Assembly (NCBI RefSeq): GCF_963676685.1
Contig: NC_092352.1
Span: 80,972,001-81,036,000, forward strand
Length of the DNA stretch: 64,000 nucleotides
Direction of reading: 5' to 3'
From: Mytilus edulis
Lineage: Eukaryota
Part shown: positions 1-13,008 of the stretch, piece after piece
Numbering within the stretch: position 1 is the first letter of the stretch
Layout: every line of letters begins with the position of its first letter
The notes under the pieces: model-generated
What the model saw: the letters and a program-made list of their open reading frames with translations, nothing else
What the model was told of the DNA's origin: nothing
Databases searched by the model: none
Translations under genes and position numbers: made by a program

Positions 1-331
1 TTCAGCCCTCTCCCTTGTTTAAGGAAGAAGTCCGTTATTTTTTGGGGGGTTAAATTCCATTATTTTCGCGTTTCTGTATACTATGAACATACGTATCCAC
101 GATATGGACAACACTCTGATTGGCTTTTTACTTTTTCTTTTTTGTAATCTATCATACGATTGGTTCTCAATGTTTAAACCGGTAGTCATGTCTGACAGAA
201 AAGTCGGTCTGATGACGGAATGAATATCCGAACGCCTTTATTTTCGTTTTTCTCCCAAAATAACCCAACTGAATAGTCAGAAGAATGGATGGCAAATGCG
301 ACTATGCCTTTAACCTATCGTACACAGAGGC

Positions 332-1214
332 CAGGACCGTAAATTACATAGAGGCATGTAGGCAGTTGCCTCCTATTGCGGGATCACTGACAAAAATTAA
401 TAATAAATGGGGAAAAAAAACCCACTGAAAAGAAAAAAAATGGTTAAGATCATGCATTTTTATAGCACTGGTTGTTAGTTAAAACAACAAGGTGGTTAAT
501 CATAATATTTGGATCTAAACGGTCGGTACCCAGCTCAACTCCGTTGCACACATAAAATTTCCCCACCAAATACTATTGCATCAGCATACATAGAATTGAC
601 AATGTTGGCAATATTGAATGCATATAAGTTCTAAAAAGATGGGATTTGTCCAGTCAGAAAAAATCACCTTAGCATTTGACAAAGCCAGAATAAAACTTTT
701 TTGTGTTTTCAAACATTGTTACGTTTTAATAATTTGAACTTGATAGATAAAATTATGAGTTATTGAGTATGCATTTTCATTTTAAAGTTTGAAAATTGTG
801 TCTTTGAAACGAAGTCAAAATTAATTCGATTTGGACAGCCAAATAAGCCGGATAAACCACAAAAATGACAAAAATTCAGCGGGCTTTGATTTTAAGTCTT
901 TGCAAAACTTTCCCTAAACTTAGGTAAAAATATCTTGTGAGAGTCATAAAGCAGGATAAAGTGAAAACACATTTTCTCTACCGGGACACGTAATCAAACT
1001 CTGGTTTATAACTATTTTTAATATATTCCAGGCGCATATTTATTCAAATGTAACAAAAAAATTAACAAGTCATGTATTCTTGGGAGGTACATTGCATACA
1101 AGGAAAAACCTGGAAAAATATCCTTTTCTGCATGGAATGGGTCCAAATATTTTTTGCCTCGCTCCGTTCGGCGATAATAAACTGCCTCCCCAGGGCAGGC
1201 AATTTACGGCCCTG
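332..1214. mobile_element. Non-autonomous hAT-like MITE with 5-bp TSD
   Basis: TIRs CAGGACCGTAAATT (332) and AATTTACGGCCCTG (1214); GAGGC on both flanks (327-331, 1215-1219); no coding capacity. Confidence 0.7.
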
Positions 1215-1242
1215 GAGGCATAATGATCACTTTATTGTGAGA

Positions 1243-1361
1243 GGAAGAGAAGCGACACACAACATGAGGTCTTCTCGTTTAACAGTGAGATCATTAGGAT
1301 AGGAGATACATGTAGGAGAAGCGACACACAGAATGAGGTCTACTCGTTTAATAGTATAGAT
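1243..1361 (-). mobile_element. Two tandem short fragments resembling Helitron 5' termini
   Basis: Direct repeat GAAGCGACACAC..ATGAGGTC..CTCGTTTAA..AGT..AGAT at about 1243-1291 and 1315-1361; the minus strand of copy 2 begins A|TCTATACTATTAAA, a Helitron-type 5'-TC end. Confidence 0.4.
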
Positions 1362-1741
1362 AGATAACACGAGAAACAAGCAAACACTACACTTGTTAAA
1401 CATGTATACCACCGAAGGTTGTTGCGTTAAAAAAATATTAAACAGGTATATTTAGTGAATACAACTATACCCGTAACGGATTTAACAATTATTTCAACAA
1501 AGTCAGATTTTTTTTAACATTAAAGCATCTACCTGATATTAAAGTAGCTTAACTTATTTAATATGTTTAAAATTCTAACATTTAACATAAATTTAATTCA
1601 AAATCTAATCGCAAAGACATATCGAAGTGCTCTTTATTTTACTTGTATGTTTTAAAGTAAAAATATTGAATAACGTAAAGCAATGCATGGGATTAATATA
1701 ACGCTGCATTAATAATAATTGCTTCTAAAATAATCACATAC

Positions 1742-2045
1742 TTGTCACTTGTTTGTCCACGGTAGCTTCGACAGTACTGCTGATCATTTCTACACCCTTA
1801 TTCACAAGTTTCTTCATTTCATCTCTCATTGCAATTTCTACACCTTTCTGAATTTCCTGTTGGATGTAAGCTTTAAGATGATTGTTCATATTAGTGATGT
1901 CCAAGTCTGCTTTCAATGTAGCTTTCATATCATCAATTAATGGCATGGTTATCACATGTTGACACTGGTTGCCGCTACATACATTGGCATAAGAGGAACA
2001 AACAAAACTGATCATAAAAACGTAAAAAAATACTGGACTTTCCAT
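1742..2045 (-). CDS. First coding exon of a secreted protein (signal peptide plus coiled coil); C1q-domain-containing or similar lectin-like gene, remainder not identified in window
   Basis: ATG at 2045 (MESPVFFYVFMISFVCSSYA, hydrophobic signal peptide), Cys motif, heptad-rich helix (MKATLKADLDITNMNNHLKAYIQQEIQKGV), phase-1 donor A|GTATGT at 1741; TATAAA about 65 nt upstream. C-terminal domain identity is inference. Confidence 0.7.
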
Positions 2046-2109
2046 TGTGAAATTATCAAGCAATCAAGAACACGTCAACTAACTTGAACTGGACTAGACA
2101 AATTATACC

Positions 2110-2115
2110 TTTATA
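2110..2115 (-). promoter_or_regulatory. Candidate TATA box of the secreted-protein gene
   Basis: TATAAA on the minus strand 65 nt upstream of the ATG at 2045. Confidence 0.45.
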
Positions 2116-2469
2116 TTTAAAACTGCTAATAACAAATTTGGGAAAGAGATACTTTAACTTCGTATCTAGTTTCCTCTTGATGATAATACTACTTGTAATA
2201 ATGACTTCTCTTTAAAAGGTTGACTAATTATGATCATTCACTAATCTACCTTGAGGGCCTTACAAAAAAAATCTTAACATACAGAACAAGTTCCACAAAT
2301 ATTACAATTTTTCACGCTTAATGATTGCCTGTAAAACAAGAAAAACAATAAAATGATTCATTTTACACAGACATTAAAAGACATTGATAGAGATTTGTCA
2401 CAGTCATATCAATTATAACCAAAAGTGAAAATAGTTGATTGTAAACGGTAAGCATGGTGAGAGATTAAA

Positions 2470-3140
2470 GATAAGGGAAAAAGCACAAACTCTAGTTAAG
2501 TCATCACCTAGGGGAATAAGTCAAAATCAAATAATGCCATGACAAAGAGATATGACTCAATCTCGTCATGGTCAAGGGAAAATAACTCCAACTTAAATTA
2601 TTTCATAGTCAAAGTAAATAACTTAAACTCAAATTACGTCATGACCAAAGGAAATATCTCAAACTCAAATTACGTCATGACCACAGGAAATAACTCATAG
2701 TCAAGGGAAATGACTTAAACTCAAATTATTTCATTGTCAAAGGAAATAACTTAAACGCAAATTACGTCATGACCAAAGGAAATATCTGAAATACAAATTA
2801 CGCCAATTCCAAAGGAAATATCTCAAACACAAATTACGTCATCGTCAAAGGGAATAACTCAAAATCATGTTACGTCATGATCAAAGGGAATAACTTAAAA
2901 TTATGTTATGTCATGGGTAATTTAAAAAAAAAAAAAATGAAACTCAAATAACATCATGGCCAAGGGCAATAATTCAAAAACAAACTACGTCATGGACAAG
3001 GGTGATTACTCAAAATTAAAAACGCCATGTTCAAAAGAAATACCTCAATTTAAATTTGATCATGACCAAGTGAAATGCCTCAAAGTCACGTAACGCCTTG
3101 GTCAAGGGAAATATATCTCAAACTCAAATTACGTCATAGC
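2470..3140. repeat. Degenerate 33-35-bp minisatellite
   Basis: Recurring unit like AACTCAAATTACGTCATGACCAAAGGAAATA; about 20 diverged units, with two or three more at about 3400-3490. Confidence 0.85.
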
Positions 3141-3643
3141 CCGGTATATTTGATGCGGTTTTTTTTATAGACACATATTCTTCCGTACTAGATACATTAT
3201 CTGAAATTGAACAACTTTTTTACTTTTACATTAATTATCTGTGTACATGTAGTACCTGTATATATTAAATAAGAATCGTAATTTTTTTAATACATGCATC
3301 TCAGTAAGTATATGCATATATTTGCGCAACAATCACATATCAGCTTGATGATTAAATTCCTAAAATATCTACCAAGGGGAGACATTTGAAATCACTTAAG
3401 TTGAAATTACATCCTAATCAAGGAAAACAACTCAAATTTGAATTACATCATGACCAAGGGAAGTAACCCAAATTCAAATTGCGTCATACAAAGATCTATT
3501 TATACTTGTTAACAACAGAAAAGAGTAAAAACATACATGTTTACAAAGTTACAACGCATACAATTTCACCCTGTATAACCCCGATACAGATGAAACCGGA
3601 CGTTGACGCGTTCGAATCGAACAAACCGTGTAACACAGAGTTC

Positions 3644-5694
3644 ATCTATTCTTCGGATATTTTGCTCCAATATATTCTTTGCCATAATACTCATTAGTTA
3701 CTAACAGATTTTTCAAATGTGTGACATTTTTATATACAAATATCAAAAAACGCACGGCGATATCAATGATAAAACGTGCTTGGTATTTTTAAATATTCAA
3801 AACTTAATGTTTCTCGTACCTCATAGTTTTTAAAACATACATTTTTGAAAATTTCATAGTATAAATTAACAAACTTATAAAGATCGCTTGTTTATGTTGT
3901 ATCTAGAAACAAAAAAATACACGTTTTAAAGTGTCTTTATTTTCATGTTGTGTACGCTTCGTTGTCGTTACACCTATTTATACTGTACGCTACGTTGACA
4001 CAATATTGCGTTTGTCAATGAATTTTGCATGTATTAAATTATGCTTTGGTATGACTATAAAACCAATATGCATGTATGAAAAAAATAATTTCCCACCATA
4101 ACATGCAGACAGCAACCCATAATATCCGTTATATTGTCGAAACACTCTTGGAGGAAATTTGTACATGTAAAAAAATCCTTATGTATACGAAAGTGTAAAT
4201 TGGTAGGAATAGTTACCAAAGGTAGGAAAATACAATAACTCGACAGATGCAAATATGGCTAAGCATACAGATACACACGTCCGATTTCTAATTTGATAGT
4301 ATTTTTGAAAGTTTTTACCATACGACATTTAATGTACGGTTAGGTGGTGGGTTGGGTGCCCGCTAACATGTTTAATTCCACCATATTCTGTATGTGCCTG
4401 TCAAAAGCCAGGAGCGTGTAATTCAGTGGTTCTATATTTTTTTGTTCACTGTTTTGTGCATTAATTGGACCGGTAGTTTTCTCGTATGAATTGTTTTACA
4501 TTTGTCATTTCGGTGTGTTTTATAGCTGACTATGCGGTATGGGCTTTGTTCATTGTCAAAGGCCGTACGGTGACCTATAGTTGTTCATTTTTGTTTCGTT
4601 TGGTCTCTTGCGAAGAGTTGTTTCAATACCACATTTTTTTTTATATAGACAGCAATCAAAAACAATCAATGGATTATAGGTTAAGCCTTTTGGCCTGAAT
4701 CTCAGAGGCGGGTCCTTGGGGTCATAGAATACAATAGAGTTACATTAAGGCTAAAGAATATGTGTATACAATAAACATGTAACTGATAGCCATCCATAAT
4801 AATACAGTTACTTTTATGTGAAGATATAAAGATGAAGAAATAATTCTTAATTATAACTGGTTTGCTTTTTTAATTATGTTTTTTTGTTTGTTTAATTTTT
4901 AAGGTATAAAGATTATGCTTAATTTCCTCGAATATTACAGTCTTTCTACTGAGGTGCCAAAATCTAAATGAATGGTCATTCTGGTTATTATAAGCACCTT
5001 AAAGTCTATACCCACCCATATGCATTTCATTCAAATTTTTACTTATTTCGGAGAAGACCAAAGGGACCATATTTATATTCCCCAGTTACCCTTGGCGTCA
5101 TGGGTAAATTATGCAGATGAGCAAAGCATCAATCATCAACCTAACCTTAGACATTTGCTGTGTTTCTTCTTTCATGTCTTAATAGTTATCAATAAAAATG
5201 AAACGTTTCGAAGTTGTTACTGAACAATACCTGGACCCTTTTATTTGTTTATGACACGCGTACGTAATGGCTGATAGTTAGTTACTTAACGTTCACTTGC
5301 AAATATGTCATGCATGTTCAGGATAAGCACAAAGTAGCAACACATACTACATGTAGGTCCTGGAAGGAGGCCTTCCGGAATTACGTTAGGGAAGTTTGGA
5401 CTGCCACTGGATAAAATGAGGTATATTGAATAAGGACACAAATGTTGCCTTTCAACAGGTCATTTATGGACCTCTCATAAAGTTTTTGCAGGGGTTCGTA
5501 CAGTGTAGTTAGCATAGTACTCTCTTTACACAAGACATTGGATCTTATATTCCCATTCGGACTGGACGTGACTGCGTACTTTTACATCCCACACAACTAA
5601 ACGGGTGTCCAACTTCGGTCAGGTTTTACTGCCGGTCGGAAAAAAACCAAGGTGAACATATCTAATAGTATATTTTCCAGTCATCCTTTACCAA
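3644..5694 (+). repeat. Left arm of a 2.05-kb inverted duplication
   Basis: Near-identical reverse complement of 6941-8987; mirror ORFs 4972-5223(+) and 7413-7664(-) differ by one residue. Confidence 0.95.
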
Positions 5695-6940
5695 ATTCTT
5701 TCATGAATAAAAAAAATTTGGCTACAATATAGAAAGTTATGCTGTACCGGTTAATCACTTTACATTATGACAATATATGCACACTTATGAGAACTCATAA
5801 TACCGTACATCTTCTCGATACTGTTTATATTTGGCATTGCACAAGTCCATGCGTTTTATTACGTCTTTACCTAAAAGCGTTGGATATATACTGATTAATA
5901 CTTTAGATACACGATTTACCTCTTAGTTGTAATTTGCTTTGAAATAACTATGAGTTACTCAAATTACTCCTTTGTCGATATTGTATATGGTTTTTCTGCC
6001 TTGTACCGACATTTTCAGTTGAGCCAATTGTAACTGTACAGTTTTTTTTATTATGTTGTGCTGTTGCACCAGTGTCCGAGGTTAAGGAGAGGGTTGGGGG
6101 CTCATGTGTTTGATCCTGCCGCATTTTTATTTTGTGTCGGTCCAACGTCAGGAGCCTGTAGTACATTGGTTATATAGATCTATCATTTTTTCTTCTTCTT
6201 TAATACATAATTCATAAGTTATAAAAATATCACCGTTAGTTTTATCGTTTTATTTTTTTTTATATCGGTTTTTTTTTAGCCGACTTTATGGTATAGGTTT
6301 TCCTCATTGTTAAATGTTGTACATTGGACTATAATAATTGCTTTATACACCCATTTCATTTAAACTTTGGTGGAAAGTTGTCTCACTGGTCACCAAATCA
6401 CATCTACAAAGCTTTATATATATATTTTTTTTTAATAAAGCAGTTGGAATGCCATCTATGGCATTCGGCAAATTAAGTCCAACGAGTTCCTATGTCTGCT
6501 TTCGTCTAGGCGAATTTGGACCAACATCGGCATTTGGAAGAGTCTCAAATTGTGAAAAGTAAGTCATTAAAGTTTTATTGACTGTACTATACTTTTTGAA
6601 ACTTTATTTCTACTGGAATATATTTATTAACTGTTCATTTCATCTGGAATAACGTTGAAAGTCCCAATTTTCAATAGAAGCATTCCTATCAGATGTCACG
6701 CTGGTTAAATATTGCAATTTTGGCTTTGGATGACAGATATCTTAAGTTAAACTACTTTGACTAAGTTAACAGATAAACATTTACAATAAAATACAGAAAA
6801 AGGGTCGCCAACACCATCTCGAATACCTTGACAAGAAAGTGATTTGTGACGGTTTTTGTCAACGAACTGTACAGTGATTATTTAAAAACGCACAACGAAC
6901 GCGACACATTTGATTGAACGAACAATACAGTAAGAGAAAA

Positions 6941-8987
6941 TTGGTAAAGGATGACTGGAAAATATACTATTAGATATGGTCACTTTGGTTTTTCTTCCGA
7001 CCGGCAGTAAAACCTGACCGAAGTTGGCCACCCGTTTAGTTTTGTGGGATGTAAAAGTACGCAGTCACGTCCAGGCCGAATGGGAATATAAGATCCAATG
7101 TCTTGTGTAAAGAGAGTACTATGCTAACTACACTGTACGAACCCCTGCCAAAACTTTATGAGAGGTCCATAAATGACCTGTTGAAAGGCAACATTTGTGT
7201 CCTTATTCAATATACCTCATTTTATCCAGTGGCAGTCCAAACTTCCCTAACGTAATTCCGGAAGGCCTCCTTCCAGGACCTACATGTAGTATGTGTTGCT
7301 ACTTTGTGCTTATCCTGAACATGCATGACATATTTGCAAGTGAACGTTAAGCTACTAACAATCAGCCATTACGTACGCGTGTCATAAACAAATAAAAGGG
7401 TCCAGGTATTGTTCAGTACCAACTTCGAAACGTTTCATTTTTATTGATAACTATTAAGACATGAAAGAAGAAACACAGCAAATGTCTAAGGTTAGGTTGA
7501 TGATTGATGCTTTGCTCATCTGCATAATTTACCCATGACGCCAAGGGTAACTGGGGAATATAAATATGGTCCCTTTGGTCTTCTCCGAAATAAGTAAAAA
7601 TTTGAATGAAATGCATATGGGTGGGTATAGACTTTAAGGTGCTTATAATAACCAGAATGACCATTCATTTAGACTTTGTCACCTCAGTAGAAAGACTGTA
7701 ATATTCGAGGAAATTAAGCATAATCTTTATACCTTAAAAATTAAACAAACAAAAAAACATAATTATAAAAGCAAACCAGTTATAATTAAGAATTATTTCT
7801 TCATCTTTATATCTTCACATAAAAGTAACTGTATTATTATGGATGGATATCAGTTACATGTTTATTGTATACACATATTCTTTAGCCTTAATGTAACTCT
7901 ATTGTATTCTATGACCCCAAGGACCCGCCTCTGAGATTCAGGCCAAAATGCTTAACCTATAATCCATTGATTGTTTTTGATTACTGTCTATATAAAAAAA
8001 ATGTGGTATTGAAACAACTCTTCGCAAGAGACCAAACGAAACAAAAATGAACAACTATTATAGGTCACCGTACGGCCTTTAACAATGAACAAAGCCCATA
8101 CCGCATAGTCAGCTATAAAACACACCGAAATGACAAATGTAAAACAATTCATACGAGAAAACTACCGGTTCAATTAATGCACAAAACAGTGAACAAAAAA
8201 ATATAGAACCACTGAATTACACGCTCCTGGCTTTTGACAGGCACATACAGAATATGGTGGAGTTAAACATGTTAGCGGGCACCCAACCCACCACCTAACT
8301 GTACATTAAATGTCGTATGGTAAAAACTTTCAAAAATGCTATCAAATTAGAAATCGGACGTGTGTATCTGTATGCTTAGCCATATTTGCATCTGGCGAGT
8401 TATTGTATTTTCCTACCTTTGATAACTATTCCTACCAATTTACACTTTCGTATACATAAGGATTTTTTACATGTACAAATTTCCTCCAAGAGTGTTTCGA
8501 CAATATAACGGATATTATGGGTTGCTGTCTGCATGTTATGGTGGGAAATTATTATTTTCATTCATGCATATTGGTTATAGTCATACCAAAGCATAATTTA
8601 ATACATGCAAAATTCATTGACAAACGCAATATTGTGTCAACGAAGCGTACAGTATAAAAAGGTGTAACGACAACGAAGCGTACACAACATGAAAATAAAG
8701 ACACTTTAAAACGTGTATTTTTTTGTTTCTAGATACGACATAAACAACCGATCTTTATAAGTTTGTTAATTTATACTATGAAATTTTCAAAAATGTATGT
8801 TTTAAAAACTATGAGATACGTGAAACATTAAGTTTTGAATATTTAAAAATATCAAGCGCGTTTTATCATTTATATCGCCGTGCGTTTTTTGATATTTGTA
8901 TATAAAAATGTCACACATTTGAAAAATCTGTTAGTAACTAATGAGTATCAAAGACTATATTGGAGCAAAAATATCCAAAGAATAGAT
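6941..8987 (-). repeat. Right arm of a 2.05-kb inverted duplication
   Basis: Reverse complement of 3644-5694 from TTGGTAAAGG (6941) to AATAGAT (8987), with scattered substitutions and small indels. Confidence 0.95.
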
Positions 8988-10097
8988 ATTGGATTTTCTT
9001 TAAAAGTATTAATTCCTTACTGTCTGAACTCAGTGTTACAGTAGAACTTTATTCTAGGGTTTCAATATTAACTATATTGTATAAACTGCACCTAACTATT
9101 CTTCTTTTGTATTTATTTTCACATTTCGCAATGATTAATTCAATTGGAAAACCCAGAATTCAAGTCGCGACAAATATTTTAAACTGAAATATTTGCCTTT
9201 TTTGCTGTGTAATTCCCTAAATGTATCAATTGGGTATTTCCCTTGACACAATATATTAAAATTGGATATTGTCTGGTTAAGTTTGAATGTACTGTTTATA
9301 TAGTAAGGCAGTATTTGGTCATACTAGAAGCATTTTCACTGTTAAAATTGTTCATCTAAGAAAAAAGAGGCCCTCTTGAGGCTAAATTTAGATAGAATTT
9401 ATACTCTCCTGTGTAAAGAATTGCTCATATTGTTGGCAATTCATGCAGCAAATATTTCAATAGTGCTTCATTTTGTAGTTTCTATCTTTTATTATATCAG
9501 GCATATATAATTTGTCATTTTGTACTGTTTGAAAGGACTTTTGTTTGAAATTAATACTCCCAAGGGACATAGTTCAGCTTTTTCATAGATTAATACAGGC
9601 AACAAAGGCAACTTTACAGCTGAGTATTTTGCAGATTTAATGTTTTAAGTGTCTAATATCCTTGTTTTTATCATCTCAAGACAGAATAACGGATTTTATA
9701 ACCAGCTCTGAAATTTTGAACCACAATATGGCATATACTAAAGCATGGAATGGAGATTAGTATGACAAATCTTGAATTTGTGCTTATGTTGTAAATTTTG
9801 GATAAAATGAACACATATTGAATGGAACTGTCATTTATATCTGTTTAAATGGAACTGTTTATTATTCTTTTTAAATAAGATAAGATATAGTTGGATACAG
9901 GTTGTTTATTAAGCCTTGTTATCGGAAAGAAGTAGAGAAAGTGGTAAATCAGCAAATAGGGGTGGGGACATAAAATGATCCATGTTTCTTTAAGTAATGG
10001 GGACATACAAGTATTTATTATAATCAAGGTTTCCACAATAACCCAGTATTGCATTGATGGTGTCATACGAATTCTTTATAGCTTTGTGTCACAGTAT

Positions 10098-10523
10098 AGG
10101 GAAAACGGTACTATTTCATTTTCCCAGCATTAGGTTGGCCTTAAGTGTACCCAAGACAGGTGAAGGAAGTCAACTTAGGAGGGCTGTGATTGGATGTAAG
10201 GGTACAATATATTTTCTTATTTATCTATGAATAACTACAGTGTGTAAATTTACAATATAAATTTTAAAACCTATTGAAATATTTTCTAGAGAATTATTCG
10301 AAAAGGCTTCCAAAATTTGGTGTAAAATGACGGTGAGCATGGATAACATAAACAAGCTCCGTTGGAAATTGGTCATGATACTATTTGGCTTCAATTTTTA
10401 AAATAGAGTAATAAAGTACTAACACCACAAAACTGTTTGATCCAGGTTTTATTATAAAAACTGGTAAATTTAGAAAATGTAAGTATTGTCGCCTATGGCA
10501 GAATAAATAGTACCGTTTTCCCT
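10098..10523. mobile_element. MITE with 19-bp TIRs
   Basis: AGGGAAAACGGTACTATTT at 10098 and its exact reverse complement ending at 10523; no clear TSD. Confidence 0.7.
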
Positions 10524-13008
10524 TTACGCGACGCCTATGATATATAATAATCAATTAATGAGTCAAATCTGGTTAAAATCGAAATCAATAAAAGTATGAA
10601 GGAAGTATCAATTGGTATTTAATGATGACAACCCATATTATGACCTGCCTAATTATTGTTACTTCAAATAATTCATTTTGTCGCCGTCATGTATTAGTTG
10701 ATCGCTAATGTGAAGTTATATGTACAAATTTGTAGGCCTATTCATCTATTAGACAGGAAGCAACACTTTATGTCAACCTAGTGCATTAATATATTCGTTA
10801 AATATTTTAACGTTATCTGGTGTTTGCTAATAGTATGATCGTTCATGACTATATAAAGTAATTTAGCTTGGGTATTTTTCATCTAAAGAGTTAAGCTGTG
10901 TCGAATGAAACGTGTTGCTGGGCGATTTCATTTGATCAAATGGAAAATCCTAATTTTTCTTCGTCAAGGTCCCCTTCAAAAAGTTTTTGGATATGTTTTT
11001 TTAACTCAATATATTTGAACAACGCAAACAAGAATATTTAGATAATCATATGTGCAAATGCTTCTGGAGCTGTTTCATATGCGTAATATTGTGTTCCTTA
11101 CTAGAAATGCTTCACCATGAAAAATAAAATTGTTGATTGATTGGTATCTGCTTTAATTTACACCACCTTATCGCAAAGACTATCGCGACGAGTGATAAAA
11201 TTTAGGACATATGGCATCATTGCCAATGAGATAACTATCAACCAAAGTTTAAATTTAGCGGATGTAAGCAGTTATAAAAAACAACACAAGTGCATTCTTT
11301 ATATATGCGTATGGCATACAAGCGATAGGTTTAGCTAGATTTAGAACCAGGCTTACTCCGATATTTTTTACTTACCGAAATGCTTGTACCAAGTCGGGAA
11401 TACAACAGTTTTTTCCATTCGTTTGATTTTTTTGAGCTTTTTATTTTGCCATTGATAAAGGACTTTCCGTTTAAAATTTCCTTGAAGTTTGGTATTTTTG
11501 TCATTTTACTTTTTACAGACAATTTAAAAGGGCTTAATTTATTAGATCAATACAAGTTAAAAAATTCTTATAAAAACATAGACGGGGGTTGGCCAAGGTA
11601 TTTATATAATTAATTAATTATCCTTCATAACAAAATATACACATATTAGTACAGATATGAGAGTACTCGCGGTTACTGACAACTAGTTCAAAGCCAATAT
11701 CAACTGATAAAATAATCATGTACTGGTATCTATAAATTCCATGTATCTATTCCATCATAAGAAATTCAAAAACATAGAACGTTTGACTACATAAAACGAA
11801 AAGAACCTAATCAAAACAGCCAAAACCAAAAATAAGTTTGAAGCTCCCTCAGGCAATTTGACCTTAATGGGATTTGGCTAATATTTTCAGGTCTCGTTTC
11901 CGCTCTTCATGTGTTGTGGTTCTTTTACATACATGCATTTCAAATATCTGGCGTCGAGCATTCCTGTAGCTGGTGAATGTAAGTATAAAAGCGATACACA
12001 CGCAACAAAGGTTTTGTTAATTAATTATGAAATTAGTAATATCAAGATTCACAATACATATCAATTCCAAAGACTCCAAATGCATAGGAATCATGAAGTT
12101 CGATAGGTTTCGAATTCGAAAGGTTTTCTGTAATCAAAAACTAATGTTAGATTTTCTGCACAATAGTAATAAGACTCGATAATTTTGCCGTGATACATAT
12201 TTAGTGTGTTCAAAAACCGACGAGCACTGAGGTATAGTGACCAGTAACTTTTTTTTTAAATAAGGTTAGTACCTATTTGGCCGATCAATTTAAAATCTAA
12301 AATGTTATTAAATGTATTAGTGTAGTTAAAAGTTGACTTTGACTAGGTATTTGGATTTCCAAATAGTACTTTTTTTTTTAACTATGCTGCAACTGGTGTT
12401 GCAATACGATGAACGATTGATGTTGGTTTTGAATCGGAGTATAAATAAGTCTTAGAATTAGTCTCAATCGAAAAGTACTACGTATCATCTAGTCAGTTTA
12501 AAACTACGCTTTATTTGTTATTTCAAGTGTGTAATGACTAAACATGTATCCACTTATATATCCTCTACTTTAAGTTTGTTTTGCTAAATACCATTGTTTT
12601 ATTATAGATCTATACGGTTTGTTATGAAATTTAGTAAAACTATTGAATACACTTGTAACCTCATGATTCATCTTCATGAACGTATATCATTATTTCATAA
12701 AATTTGAAGAGACGGACAGAATTATTTCCCCATTACGTAATAAATCCACGTCATTAAAACCTTTACATATTGATGCACTATAGTCGTATTCAATCTGTTG
12801 ACCAAGAAGTATACAATTTGAACCTGTTTATTAAATAAAGGGTAAACTATAGCTCGTAGAACAGTGTTCAAGCAATATCGTCAAATGAGCTAAGTTAAAC
12901 GCTTGCTTCATCTTCAATGTCTGTTCACATCACTGGCATCTATAACCACACTAATATTATCATTTTTATCTAATGATTTTATAAACGTAGAGAATTTCCA
13001 GCATTTTT

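Noticed and set aside
195-230. CTGATGA followed by a small stem, hammerhead-like
   Set aside because: No GAAA after stem II and no stem I/III pairing found; it lies in a probable DNA-transposon end (..GCCT|TTAA at about 312).
4972-7664. Twin 83-aa ORFs on opposite strands
   Set aside because: A by-product of the inverted duplication; no domain, and they overlap repeat sequence.
3644-8987. Large TIR transposon or Polinton
   Set aside because: No TSD, no conserved terminal motif, no coding capacity in the spacer, and the arms contain ordinary host repeats.
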